DNA from: Podarcis erhardii
Taxonomy: Eukaryota
DNA: 64,000 bases
NCBI GenBank assembly: GCA_964252035.1
Contig: OZ176207.1
Reading direction: 5' to 3' (one strand)
In this document: positions 37,576 through 50,319 of the stretch, piece after piece
How positions within the stretch are numbered: position 1 is the first letter of the stretch
Layout: every line of letters starts with the position of its first letter
Notes under the pieces: model-generated
Told to the model about the DNA's origin: nothing
Databases searched by the model: none
What the model saw: only the letters and a program-made list of their open reading frames with translations
Translations under genes and position numbers: made by a program

Positions 37576-37746
37576 CTTTGGAATTTGCACTATTGTGGTC
37601 ACAGATCCGACACTGCGCATTGCGTAGGGGCCGACCTGGAACATGTTCCACAAGTTTACAAAACATCTCAGGGCCCTTTTCACCGCAAGTAGCATTGGTG
37701 CTGATATGAGAATTGCTAGCAAGGTTTAAAATGGCAGGAAATAAAC
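37576..37746 (-). CDS. LAMA1: LAMA1 exon 2, LN domain (GLFPAILNLASNSHISTNATCGEKGPEMFCKLVEHVPGRPLRNAQCRICDHNSANSK), 171 nt
   Basis: Acceptor tttAG; donor G|GCAAGT (GC donor); frame joins exon 3. Confidence 0.95.
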
Positions 37747-40204
37747 CTAAAGAGTAAAAGGAAGATCATTTAATAATTATAATAGTTCTTTTCTCATTAC
37801 ACTTTTATTTTACTCATGCCTTTAGAAGCCATTTGATGATACCAGAGAGGGCTCCCCACATTTTTCAGATTTCTGTTACCACCGGGTTGATTTCTTAAAT
37901 GTGCTTAGACTTAAAGCAACATGTCCTACATTAACTCAATTAGGAAGTAATCCTAAATATGAGAAGCCAGTGTAATCTGTGCCATCTTAAACTAAATCAA
38001 TGTTAAGTACAGTATGCCAGTTTCAAACTTTGTTCAGGAGTGGGGTTACTGCCAGATGAGGCAGCGGAAGTAGGGCAGATGGAAAACTGGAAATAGAATT
38101 TGATTTACACCACCCTTTTTGCCTGTGTATGTTCCACTGGATTTGCAGGTCACACGTCTGAGATAAACTGTTAGGATCAAGCATAAATCTCCCTATCCGG
38201 TCCCATCCCTCTGCTCCCCTGGAACACCCATTTTTCAGGGCTTACGCTAGTGTAAATTCCAGAAGTCTTGGCTCAGATGGATTAGCTCAATGAGCCAGGA
38301 TTAGTGAGTTATGCTCCCATCATGTCTCTGGCTGACCTGGGGTTGAGGACTCAAGGAGATGAAGTCTGGCTGTGCTGAGAACCTGTAGGCTGAGCTAGAG
38401 TCCTGCCACATCCTCACTCACTCATCCCAGATGATCTAGGGTTAGGGTTAGGACTGTGCCTTTAGCATCAGTTAAGTACTCCGTAGAAAAAGGAATGACT
38501 ATCTGCCAAGAGAGGCCAAAGGAGTGGTGACTATGTGCCATGCAACACACACACAAGGCTCACACAAGCCATGTACCACATACACATATGTGAATACATG
38601 CAGGTCGGGGGAGCACAGCACGTCCCATTCACTGTACATGCTACATTGCATCTACATATGCACTACTTTCTTTGCCTTCTAGGTTTGTACACACATAAGT
38701 ATGGTTCAGACATGTAAACAAATGGTACAATAAGGCTGGAACCTGCCACCACAGTGCTTTGCCCCAGTTTTAAAGGCAAGAGTGCCCCTGGGATATCTGA
38801 AGAGGGCTTGCTTGCTTTGAGTTTTGAACAAGATACTGTTGCCATAGTCTTTCTGTGACCTCAGCCTAAGCAAAATGTGTCCCCCAATTAAATAGTTTAG
38901 ATTGGTGGCCCAATGTAAACAACTTGCAACTGTGAGGTGTATACTTGAATAAGAGAAATTACAAACGAATTAATTGGCTTTTAAACCCTATCCATGGCCA
39001 TTTCCTGCCCCTTCATCTTTGCTGAAAGAGGCCTAACAAGATTTTAAAAAATACCAATCAAGACTCAGAGAAAACAAGAGAGCAAGATAGACGACCAAGT
39101 GCTAAACTAAACAAGGAAGCTGTGTAGGTTTTTGTTTTGTTTTTAAACCTTTCCCTATCCTTTCACACAATGATGTGAAGTTGTCTTTGATTTGTATTCC
39201 TTTGATTACTCAGCTGTGCCATTTTGTCCAAAAAAGAAAGAAGTTCCCACAGGAAAAAAAAATGCTACCTGATACTAGGAAACATGCAGATGTTTAAGAC
39301 CATTTGACCTTGAATATAAGTCATACCTGGCACAGTAACAACCAATTCTAAATACAGTATGTGAAAAAGAAATCTCACTTATTTGCTTTAAGTACAGTCA
39401 GCTTGCACTTCGCTTGTTTAGGGTCAAGGAGGGTTAAGTAAATACCAAACTAAAATAGAATGAATGAATTGAAATTTTGGTAATATGAATTCTTTTTAAA
39501 AGAAGTGGTAGGCGACTTGGATAGAGATGTGAGAATTTTTAAGAAGATATGAAAAATCCATTCTGGAGAACTCTCAATGTTATATCAAAACACTTATTTT
39601 CAACACAATTCTCCATGCCCAAATATTCTGAATTTAAAATTAGTGGAAGAATAATGAAATCCATGCAAGTTATTGAAGAAACATGGAAGCTAAATATGCT
39701 ATTCTGGTCTGTCATAATCAATCAGTTCTATATAAGCATGTTAAGGCTCAGCCCTGCCCAGACCACAAACCTGAGGTCTCCTCAGGAGAGGAGCAAAGAC
39801 AGCAGGATTCTCCAGCAGCTTACCAAATACCATTTTTTTCTGAGGAGCCAGATTTGGGCACTCTAGTTCCAGGACTGTAAGTCCTCATGGCAGCTGCCAG
39901 GTCCCTAGCTAGTCTCAGTCACCACTACTATACTACTCCCCCAGGACTACAAGAATGGAGAAGACAGTGAACAAGGCACAAACTTCAGTCACCAGCAAAG
40001 TGCTCATCTAACCATATTTGAGGCTATGCTGGAGTTGGAGGAAGCATGTGGAAGCAGCTGCTTAGATCAGGACATTACTGCAAACCAGTAAAGGGTCCAG
40101 CCTCCAGCTCCTGTGGACAGTAGGCCCACAGTTTACATGGGGGTTATGTTCTGTGGGTCCACATGTCAAGGCAAAATCACATAAACTTAGGAAGACCCCT
40201 GGAA

Positions 40205-40765
40205 TCACCCCCCTGTACAAATTCATTTTGTTAGGTTTTTTGCTCAGTTCTCCAATCTGTTCAAGATATCTTAAATCACGATTCTATCTTTTGCAGCATT
40301 AGCTACCCCTCCCAGTTTGGTGTTACCAGCAAATTTGATGAGCATCCCCTCAATTCTTTCATCCAAGTAGTTTATAAAGGTGTTGAACAACGGGCCTAGG
40401 ACAAAACCCTGTAGCACCCCACTTGTCACTTTTCCCCCCAGGATGATGAGGAACCATTACTGAGTTACAAATCCAGCTAACAGTTACTTCATCCAGACTA
40501 CATTTTACCATATTCTCTGCAATAATATAATGGGGGACTTGGTCAAAAGCCTTAGTGAAATGTGCTCACAGCAATCCCCTGATCCACTAAGCTTTTAACT
40601 CGTATTAAAAAGAAAGAAAGAAATGAGATTTGTCTGGCACGACTTGTTTTTGAGAAACCCATACTGGGTCTTAGTAATCAAAACATCCTTTTTCTAAGTG
40701 CTCACAGACTGACTGTGTAATTATCTGTTCTAGGATCTTTTCTGGTATCAATGTCAAATTGAGTT
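40205..40765 (-). mobile_element. CR1 LINE reverse transcriptase fragment, degenerate, intron 1
   Basis: Minus-strand remnants QYGFLKNKSCQTNLISF, KAFDQVP, VTSGVLQGFVLGP and LIKFAGNTKLGG. Confidence 0.85.
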
Positions 40766-41360
40766 GCTCCATAATCACCATATTAGACATCTTTCAACCT
40801 TCTCTAAGGAAATATAATCTTAAATACAACCTTGAATAAACCATGACTATCTAAATTCACTTTGCACTAAATTCGGACGTTATGTTTTAGATTAAGTTAC
40901 AGATTTTGATTGTTACAAACAGCATATATAAAACAGCTTTTGTTGTTGCTTTTGCTCCCAGAACGTAGCACTAAGAAAATTGACAAAATAAAGTCTTCTT
41001 TGAAAGGGGTAATTATTAAAAAAAAAAAAAAAAAAACCAGCAACCAGTTGCAGATAAATATTAGGGTGAAGGCGAACAATAAAAAATTGGGTGTGTTTTA
41101 TATGTCACCAACTCAGCCACATTACATAGGGGCAAAAGGCAATGGGTTATTATGCATCTGAGATGGAAATTCTCCTGTGTTCAAGTATTGATTTTCAGAC
41201 AATGTAGATACCTGCTTAGAACAGTTTCTCTGTCACAGCTTACAACCTAAAGTAAAGGAGACAGATGGGCAGTTTGCCAAAAAACAGCAAACTTGCTAGA
41301 CCATAAAATTAGTTATTGCTTTTTCAACAATACCCTTTTCCCACATGCTCCAAGAGTCTA

Positions 41361-41363
<3 letters not shown>

Positions 41364-41401
<38 letters not shown>
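41364..41401. repeat. T38 homopolymer (A38 on the LAMA1 sense strand)
   Basis: Read directly. Confidence 0.95.
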
Positions 41402-41402
<1 letters not shown>

Positions 41403-44400
41403 GTTATCTTTAGTGGCTCCTGTCTTTTCTTAAATCACTTTTAGCACAGACAATATTTTCCCACATAGAAATATTTCCATAGAGTTGCCTACTTGCTTTT
41501 GAATCAGTGACACTTATTTCGTCATTAAAACTGAATGTTGAAAATTATGAGACCCGGAGCAGAATATTTGGTAGTAGAACAAGAGCCGCAGCTTGGCGAT
41601 CTTGTATCCCTGGCAGAACCATTCAGATTGCACCCCCTAGACAAGGGCAAATTAGCTATGGGCATATTTTAGCTGATTTTGCACACACACCCTTCGCCCC
41701 ATCCTCGCCACCCCCTAGCTACAGCCATGAGTAGAACTACAACAAAGATCTTCCTTGAGACTTTGCCCCACCCTACATGACTATGGTGATGTTTGAAAAC
41801 CAAGCATTCAATGGATGGGGCTATATGCCTTGTTTTGGGATGGCTGAATCAGTCAATGGAATGTGCACCCAGATTTCCTGCAGGGGGAAAAACCAGCCTG
41901 TTACAGTTCTTTCTTTCTTTCTTTCTGACAACATCCTTCTTTCTTCCATATATCTGATGGGAACGTCAATATCTGTTGGTTTCTATCTGGAAGGGAGCAA
42001 CTATTGTCCAAATCTCTCAGTCACCAATGTGTGAGTCCAGCCCATTTTCCTTTTCCTCTCTTTGGTCAAAGTGTTTAGCATGAAATACTTATCTGGCATG
42101 CAGTGGGGAAATCCTTGGCTTGTCCAAATGTATACAGTCAAACTCTAGATTCCAAATTAATAAGGTTTATTAAGATCAGGAATAAGGATGAGGGACAGAG
42201 AAAGTAGGTATCATAAAGAGAAAAGTAACTGTTTACTCTCGACTCAGAGGAAATAACAAAAGATGAGTTGCAGCCTGTCATACCTCATGATTTTGCATGA
42301 ACAGATTTGTCACAACCCAGTACAGTGACCTGGAGAACTTTTAACACATGCATTATCCACCTCACCAGCATTCCCACAGGAGAAGCCAATGTGTGTACAA
42401 ACTCCTTTTCATTCAAGGATCCAACATGGTTTCATGATTGCTTTTACTATTCTGTTGTAAATCCTCCTTGAAGCTCATTTTTGACTGAATGGTAAGGTAT
42501 ACAGTAGTTATAAAATCTCCTGCTACTGAAATTAACATGGACTTCCACATGTCTACAAAATCCATGGGCATACTGAAGCATACACAAACCTCTGGTGAGT
42601 AGCATTTAGTAAAATAACTGAACACCTATAATTTTCATTAAAATTAATAAAATAATTTCCCAAAGATGACACCTCAACATTCACTTTTTAATAACATTAT
42701 TATGCACTATAGTTATCAGCCAGCATCCTTAACTACTGTCTCACTAGAGCCTCATAACAATTACAAGAATTGTATCCAAAGCTTCCTGTCCCACAGCATC
42801 TGAATTACATTTTAAAATGCTGACTCAGAAAAAGGTGATTTCTAGCTGGTTCTTGTTCTTTTGTAACTGCAGTCCTATGATATCTTTCTCATCTAATCAA
42901 CTGGGCTTCAGGGTAGTTTGTAGTCTGACATACCAAGTTTTTGTCATGCTTGCTCCTGTGAGGGCAGATCCCTTCCCTATTATCTGCACTGTGGGTTCTT
43001 CCATCTGCCACCTCACATCTTGAAATGTCTTGCTGTACATCAAGTAAGCTGTTGATACGTTTTCCTTTAGTTTTCCCTGCTTATTTTGGGTTATCTGAGA
43101 TTAGTTCTTGAATTACAACACTGCTGGTTTGACTACAGCATTAGTTACTACTCAGTGATACTCACTGGTGGAGGAACGGGAGTGCGAAGAGAGCGGACCA
43201 CCCCCAGAGCCATGGCTCCATCTCTCCAATCCTTCCTGGCCCATAATTAGGATTTCTCTGCCTGGTTGTAATTCTATTCACACTTTCCTAGGTTCCATTG
43301 AACTAAATGGGATTTACTTCCAAGTATACATATTTAAGATTGCACAGTTAATTCAGAATATTCACACATTAAAAACTGAACAATTATTCATTCTTAATGT
43401 TTTAAAAGGAGTTCAGCAGAAGTCAGTAACACCAGTAACGTAATTCCATTTAAGTAAAAATGATGACTGAAGCTCTGAATGGTGAAGTGCGTGTTTATAG
43501 AAGTCCCACATAAAATGTGGCTGATTATGGATATAATTTATGTGAAGTGGTTCGAATCCTTAGTGTGCTATAAAGTGCTCTGTTTTATTGGATTAAACTG
43601 CTACGGTACAGTTTTTACATGTGGTTCCAATAAAATGTGATGAATCCTCCTTCTCAACATGATACTAAGAAATAACAGTGGAATTCTCAGCATGATAAGA
43701 AATAAATAGATACAGTATGAATAACAGATGATTTTGGATATATTAGGATCAAAGAGAGGCAACGAAATTAATCTTGCTCCGTGTGCAACATGGACATAGA
43801 GGAGGCACCATCCAATTTGCAAAGCATTATGCAATCCTTTTGGTCAACATTCTGAAACAGCTAATTCCCAAGAGGAAGCAATAAAACAATCTGCCGCTGC
43901 TCAAGCATTTCTGAGTTTAAGGTGATATCACTAAAGCTCCCAGTCTAGACCCTTTCAAGTTACTGGCCACAGAAACCCCACAGAGAACTTTCCTGTCAGT
44001 TTAGCAATCACCACAGACTGCGGACCATAAAGTAAAGAAAACCCCCAGCATATGTATGGAGATAAAGCAGTGATGAACACAGCCTTATCTCCCAAGATAA
44101 ATCTCGTGAAATATTTCAGAGTTTATGGGGGGGGGGAGATACAGTGCTGAGGCGGGGAAAGGGTCATTATTTCAAAAGGTGTTTTCTCAATCAAACCTGT
44201 TTTTGAAACTTACAAAACAGTAAGTGACCATGGGTTGTATCCAACTCCTCTGGACCTTGTTTTTTAAAGAATAAGGAACCTAGATGGAAAGGATGAAAAA
44301 ACTGAAGGCTCTTAATTATTCTTTGATATACAAAGTGAAGATTCTCAATGTCAATACAATGGTATCATTTTGGCTATAAGGTAACTCATAGTGGAAGAGT

Positions 44401-44894
44401 TCTCACAATCTGATTTCCACATTTCCAAAAATAAAGTGAGTACTTCTGTATATCAAAGGATGATGAAGTGATCTCATATTGTAGCACTTTTTCTAGTTTA
44501 TATACTACACTTCTTTGTTCTCTCTGGAAGATATCAGCATGGAGTGCATCAAGGACAACAGCTATGGAGCCCTTCTTTAAAACAAAAGCAACGGTGTTGA
44601 GGCTTTTTCTTCTTTTTTAGGATAAGCCCCCCCCCCCATTTAAAACCTGTAAATGGAAACCTAGTAACTAATATCCTGGTGGACATGGAGAAATGTACAT
44701 TATTTGTTGATGGCAAGGAGATTTTACGTTAATCTTTAGCCTGCTTAGGGCAGCATTCACACTATTTTTCTGTATCACACATACCTTTGCACTGTACAAG
44801 CAAAGCAAATACCTATTTTGCTTTACCTTAGGCTGAAAATAACTCTGGTTCACTTTCCAAGCCATGTTGGGTTCTAGCCCCATGTTGGGCCAAA

Positions 44895-44964
44895 GATTCC
44901 TGCATTGCAGGGGGGTTGACTAGATGACCCTTGTGGTCCCTTCCATCTCTGTAATTCTATGATG
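44895..44964 (+). mobile_element. CR1 3' end stub
   Basis: GATTCCTGCATTGCAGGGGGTTGACTAGATGACC...CCCTTCC...ATTCTATGAT is the CR1 3' terminal motif. Confidence 0.8.
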
Positions 44965-46750
44965 ACACCATGGTAAACAGTAGTAGAAAGCTAGAAGAGG
45001 ATCCTGAACTAGCTTACAGAATTAAGACAAGTGGTCCACACCAGGCTCAAGTCAAGCAACATTTAACATCGTATCAAGGAGCCAACAGAAACAAACAAAA
45101 AGTTTGTTTCACATAAACAAAGCAAGTTTGCACTCTTACATGTCTCTCAGTGGCTCACAGACAAAAATATGGCTAACGTAGCCCAATAGCTTGTCATATC
45201 ATGTCCAAAGGCTGTGAGATTATAACTAGTTTAACTACCAAAAATATCAAAGACACCAGTAGGATTTGGAACACATTGTTATGCACGTGGCAAGGGGGTC
45301 ACACTGTTTAAATGTAAAACTCCAACTCAAATGTCTATGAAAGGCACTGAACAGCCCAGATGGTGTCCATAAATTAAATTTTATGCCTTTCTCTTTTTTG
45401 TTTAGGAAGATCTGCAGTTTTTCCAACCATGCCGTAAGTTGCATAGCAATTGGTTGAGCCATTAAAGTTACGGTATTTCACCTTCAACCTTTTTTTCCTA
45501 CATTACTCCTAGCAAGTGTTTTAACAACCACATTTCCTCTTGCCACCCCACCCCCCTTCTATTCCATATGTATACCCATGATACCTCTTGGTTCAGTATT
45601 AATTTATAATGAAATATGTTCCTTCCAGTTCTATCCCTTTGTTCTGAGATCCCTTTTTCTCTTATCCATACAGGTTACTTGTGTGAAAATATATATGCTT
45701 AAAATGTATATGTGAGAATATTTAAGTTTACCTTGGGCCATGTAATAGACCTGCAAACTAATAATACCAGTTCTTAGAAATTGCTTTTCTAAACTGCACA
45801 GTGTGCTTGACATACATCAATGCAGTAAGACTGATAATCACCTTTCAGCAAGGTTACTGAAAAGGTTAGGGAAAGTGCTATAAATACCCAGGGTCAGTTT
45901 AAGGTATGATGGGAAACCATGGTTTCCTTATTCATACACCATCTGGAAAAAGCTTCAGGCTTTTCTGTATTTCCCCTCCTTTCTCCTCCACATTCACACA
46001 CAAGTGGAGACTGAAGATTTTAGCTTAACTCGTGGCTACTCTGATCAGTTTAAGCCAGCTATCTTCAACCTTTTCATATGCAGGACCCACTATTAACCAC
46101 ACTGTGCATTATGGGACCCATTTCTTAATATTTTACTATATATTTGCATAGTGGTAGTGCTTTTGTTGCAATCTGGATCAGGCCACAATCCACTAATGGG
46201 TCCTGCAGTAGTGGACTTTGGTATTTAAAATTTCAACAGCGCCTTGCGCAAGGCCAAAAATTGGATCCCTCCCTCGCCTCTCACCTTCCGTTCTGCTCAG
46301 TTCACTAGATCATAGTTATGTTGCCCTGCGATGCCCCCAGGCTCAGTGCCCTGTGTGGCAGAACCGGTCATGCTGCCCTAAACCCGCCTCTGTATCCTGA
46401 TCTGACAAGCCACCTCCGGGTCCTTATTTCCGACAAGCAAGGTTCAAACCACGGTTTACACAGCTGGTTTGTTCCCTAAGGAAAGCAGAAGTGCACAAGC
46501 CCAGGGCTCACCAAGGCTCACACATGTAGTAGGAAACCATAGCTTCTCATTATAAGCAAACTGCAGGACTCTCTGCAAGCACTGGCGATAAGCTGATTCT
46601 TGGTGCTTAAAAAAGTCCTTCAATCAGCAATGCAGAGGGGGAAATGCTCAATTTATAGGAACATTTCCCCCTCTGCATAGCTGATTGGTGCCTTCTTAAA
46701 GCACCAAGAAGGGGCTTCAAAGGGCCTCCTTGAAATCACCAATCAGTATA

Positions 46751-47037
46751 CAGTGGTGCCTCGCAAGACGAAATTAATCCGTTCCGCGAGTCTCTTCGTC
46801 TTGCGGTTTTTTCGTCTTGCGAAGCACGGCTATTAGCGGCTTAGCGGCTTAGCAGCTATTAGCGGCTATTAACGGCTTAGCGGCTTTAAGAAAAAGGAAA
46901 GAAACTCGCAAGACGTTTCGTCTTGCGAAACAAGCCCATAGGGAAATTCGTCTTGCGAAGCACCTCAAAAAACAGAAAACTCTTTCGTCTAGCGAGTTTT
47001 TCGTCTTGCAAGGCATTCGTCTTGCGGGGCACCACTG
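46751..47037. mobile_element. Tc1/pogo (Tigger-like) MITE, intron 1
   Basis: 22-bp TIRs CAGTGGTGCC(T/C)CGCAAGACGAA with 1 mismatch, TA TSD, CpGs retained. Confidence 0.92.
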
Positions 47038-50000
47038 TATCTGCAGTCACAGCAGCCTCCTTTGAACTTTGACAGGTTTCAATTATCTGGTGTCATTATG
47101 ACATCAGGTGATTGATATGTGTATGTGGCCCTACCCACCTGTCAAAGTTGACCAGTGGGGGATCTAGCATTCTGCCTCTGCATTAATACCCAAGTCAGTC
47201 CTAAGTATTTTTATTAATCTGATTTACACCCAAGTCTATTCCATGTTTTTAGAGCAACTCCCAGCAGTTTTTCTTAATGATAATAGCTATTGTGAGGCAG
47301 GGAGCCAATAATTTAATGAACTCAAGATGTTTAGGGGGTAAAATAAGAGTAAAATAAAAACATTATTAGTCTAGTAGCCATTATATGTTGAAATCAAATG
47401 CTCCCAAATAACCATTTTTTAAGCATGTACCCATAATATGGAACCATGGTGAGGTCTAAGAGGATTTGACACAGCCACCTTTCTGAAGCTAAACAGGGTT
47501 TGAGTCTGGCCGGTACCTAGAGGAGAAGCTGCCTGGGAACCCTATGCTCCCACCTCTATTTCCATGATGGACAAAAGGACACTGGCAGAGGAAGGGAGTG
47601 TGGTGGGGGCAGCCCGCCCCAGGTGTTATCCCTGAGGGTGGTTGACATCGCCGTGCCACCCCACTGGGATGCTGGCTGCAGGCGGCCAGCCCCACTCCCA
47701 CGGGGCTCCATCTCTGCAAAAGGATACAAATTCCCTAAATAATGAATGGTGTGTGGTTATATCCCTATATTACAGATGGGGGTCAAAGATTTTGGATTTT
47801 GGTTCACGGTTGAGCTAAGATTTCTTATAAATACCCCTCAGGTTACATGTTAAAACATTAAGATTACACCCGTACCCATAGCAAAAGGAGATTTCTGTGT
47901 CAAAGGCCTGGGCAGATACGCAACCCAGTACTGCAGCAAACACAATGACCGCAGACAGTCAAAACTGTTCTGCTATATTGCAAACATTTTTGAGCACATT
48001 AAAAACATACTTGCTGGCTAGAATCAAAGGAAACTATGCTTCAGAATATGGTCATCATAGCTAATGTTGTGGAGTTACTGCATAATCAGCGTTTTTAGCA
48101 AGGCAATGGCATTCTTACATCTTAAAGCTCCTTTGTTTGCTGTCAGGAAATATGCACCCACATAATGAAAAGCAGGAAATGCTGAAGAGACTATTTCACC
48201 CAACATTATTTTCAATGGTAATCAAGCACATATATTTTGGCTGTCACCAGCAACAGGTTTCATTAGGTAATGGAAATGACTTGAGTAGCTGTCTTAGTAA
48301 TGCAAGAAACTAGGTTTTGTTAATTTTATGTTATTTTGAGTTTCAGCTGTGTTTATCTTCAGCAAAAGCAATGTAGGCATTTGAATTTTCCCCACATTCT
48401 TGGGATTGCTTCTGGATTAGCATCTTCAGATAAAAAAAGGAATGCTGCATTCTGTAAACCAGTTGCAATGATTTGATAGCCACAAAACTCCAGTAATGGG
48501 CAGACATGCTTATCTGTTATCTGAATGAATGAAAAGTGTGGTCTTCTGCCCAAATCATAAAAAACGGGGAAGGTTTTTTCCCCCCCAGAAGAAAACTGAG
48601 AAGTTGCAGTGTGTATTTAAAGGGAATAATCAAGACTCTTGATTATAACAACAGAGGCTCTGGTGTGGACTCAAAAACTCTCTCATGTGCACACATGATT
48701 CATATATATATTCCCTTTAATTTCAGTGGAGGTGCAACTCTGCATACACATTACTTGTACATGCAGTATAGGTGAAGCGATTAGGAAAATGCTATGTGTA
48801 TACTTCAGTGCACATATGTGGTCCAAGATAAGGTTGAATACGCATATTATCTGGGGAAAGAGGTAACATGCTTTTACCTTGATACTCAGGACCTGAGTCT
48901 ATCTTTGCCCAACTCCATTATAATGTCCCCAGAGAGACAATATATAATTGTGACACTCAGCAATTAAGACCATTCATGCAAAAAGGTTGTGCTTTCTGCC
49001 TAACCTTGAATAGGGATGTCACCCAATATTGTCAGTTTCAGAAGAATCTATGAGAAAATATTTTGTGCTGGTTATGAAATGCTTTATAAACTACTGCCTT
49101 CCTATTCACCTATCTGATGCCAGTTCAGGAGTGGCACAGGAAAAATGAAAATAAAGACTGGCACTTTATACAGTCACTTTATACAACTCATCACAAGGAT
49201 ACCGAGCTTTCATTGGGCACTACAGAAAGGAGGATGAAGAACAGTCTTCTCTCTTGGCTCAAAGTCTCATATAAGATTTAAAGATGATTACAGAGGCACC
49301 AGATATCAGGCTGTAAGAGCTTAAAATTCTTCTTGCTTGTTTACAGGTCCATAAAGTCTTTGCTTTCTAGTTTGTTTAGCAGGGTCAGTAAGTTGTCTGT
49401 TTCCTCATGTCTTGCCTCATTAAGAAGATAGCCCAGAGATGCAAATCCCAGATGACACAAACCACGTGATGTATCATACCTTCTTTGTAGGATATTGCTT
49501 AACTCATTTCCTGTACAGCACAAAAACCCATCACTGTTTTAATGTTATCAACAGAAGTCAAATAAAGATTTCAGCAGATTCTTATGTGCCAAATGCTATT
49601 TTATCTGGGTCAAATTTATCTCAGATTAGAATTTTGACCAAGAAATGTTCACTTATTACTATTAATGATTACAATTTTCAGTTCCCACATGCGGTCATCT
49701 CTAAAAACAAACACAGCAAATAAGTACCCAGAATGCCAATGGGCCTAACAGCTAGAAAGTTTCCAGAATTGTCATGTTCAAATATGTCTAACAACTTGTT
49801 GGATTTATTATGCCTATACACTTTTAAACCCACCCTTAATGTAATTTGAAGAAACAACCAGTGCTTCTTTCTTTCACTACACATTCAACACTATTTTTCA
49901 TGTGATGTAACACCTACACTACACAAAACTTGTGATTCTCCAGATGTTGTTCAACTCCATCTGCCATCAGCCCCAGTCAACATGTTCAATGGGCAGACAT

Positions 50001-50096
50001 GGGAGTTGCAGTCCCGCAAGTTCCCCATCTCTGCAATAGAGAAACAACTGCATTTCCACTTTCACACATGGTGCCATTTCTGGTTTGATACAAATA

Positions 50097-50319
50097 CAGC
50101 AGTACCTTGGGTTAAGAACTTAATTTGTTCTGGAGGTCCGTTCTTAACCTGAAACTCTTCTTAACCTGAGGTACTACTTTGGCTAATGGGGCCTCCTGCT
50201 GCACCGCGCTGCCGCCACCCGATTTCTGTTCTCATCCTAAAGCAAAGTTCTTAACCTGAGGTACTATTTCTGGGTTAGCGGAGTGTAACCTGAAGCGCCT
50301 GTAACCAGAGGTACCACTG
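50097..50319. mobile_element. Tigger-like MITE, intron 1
   Basis: Ends CAGCAGTACCTTGGGTT and GAGGTACCACTG, TA flanks, internal TTCTTAACCTGA repeats. Confidence 0.88.

Noticed and set aside
38437-38452. TAGGGTTAGGGTTAGG telomere-like repeat
   Set aside because: Under three units; too short to call an interstitial telomeric sequence.
41336-41466. TTTTCCCACAT direct repeats around the T38 tract as a possible retro-insertion TSD
   Set aside because: The repeat is 17 nt away from the homopolymer, so the geometry does not fit target-primed reverse transcription.
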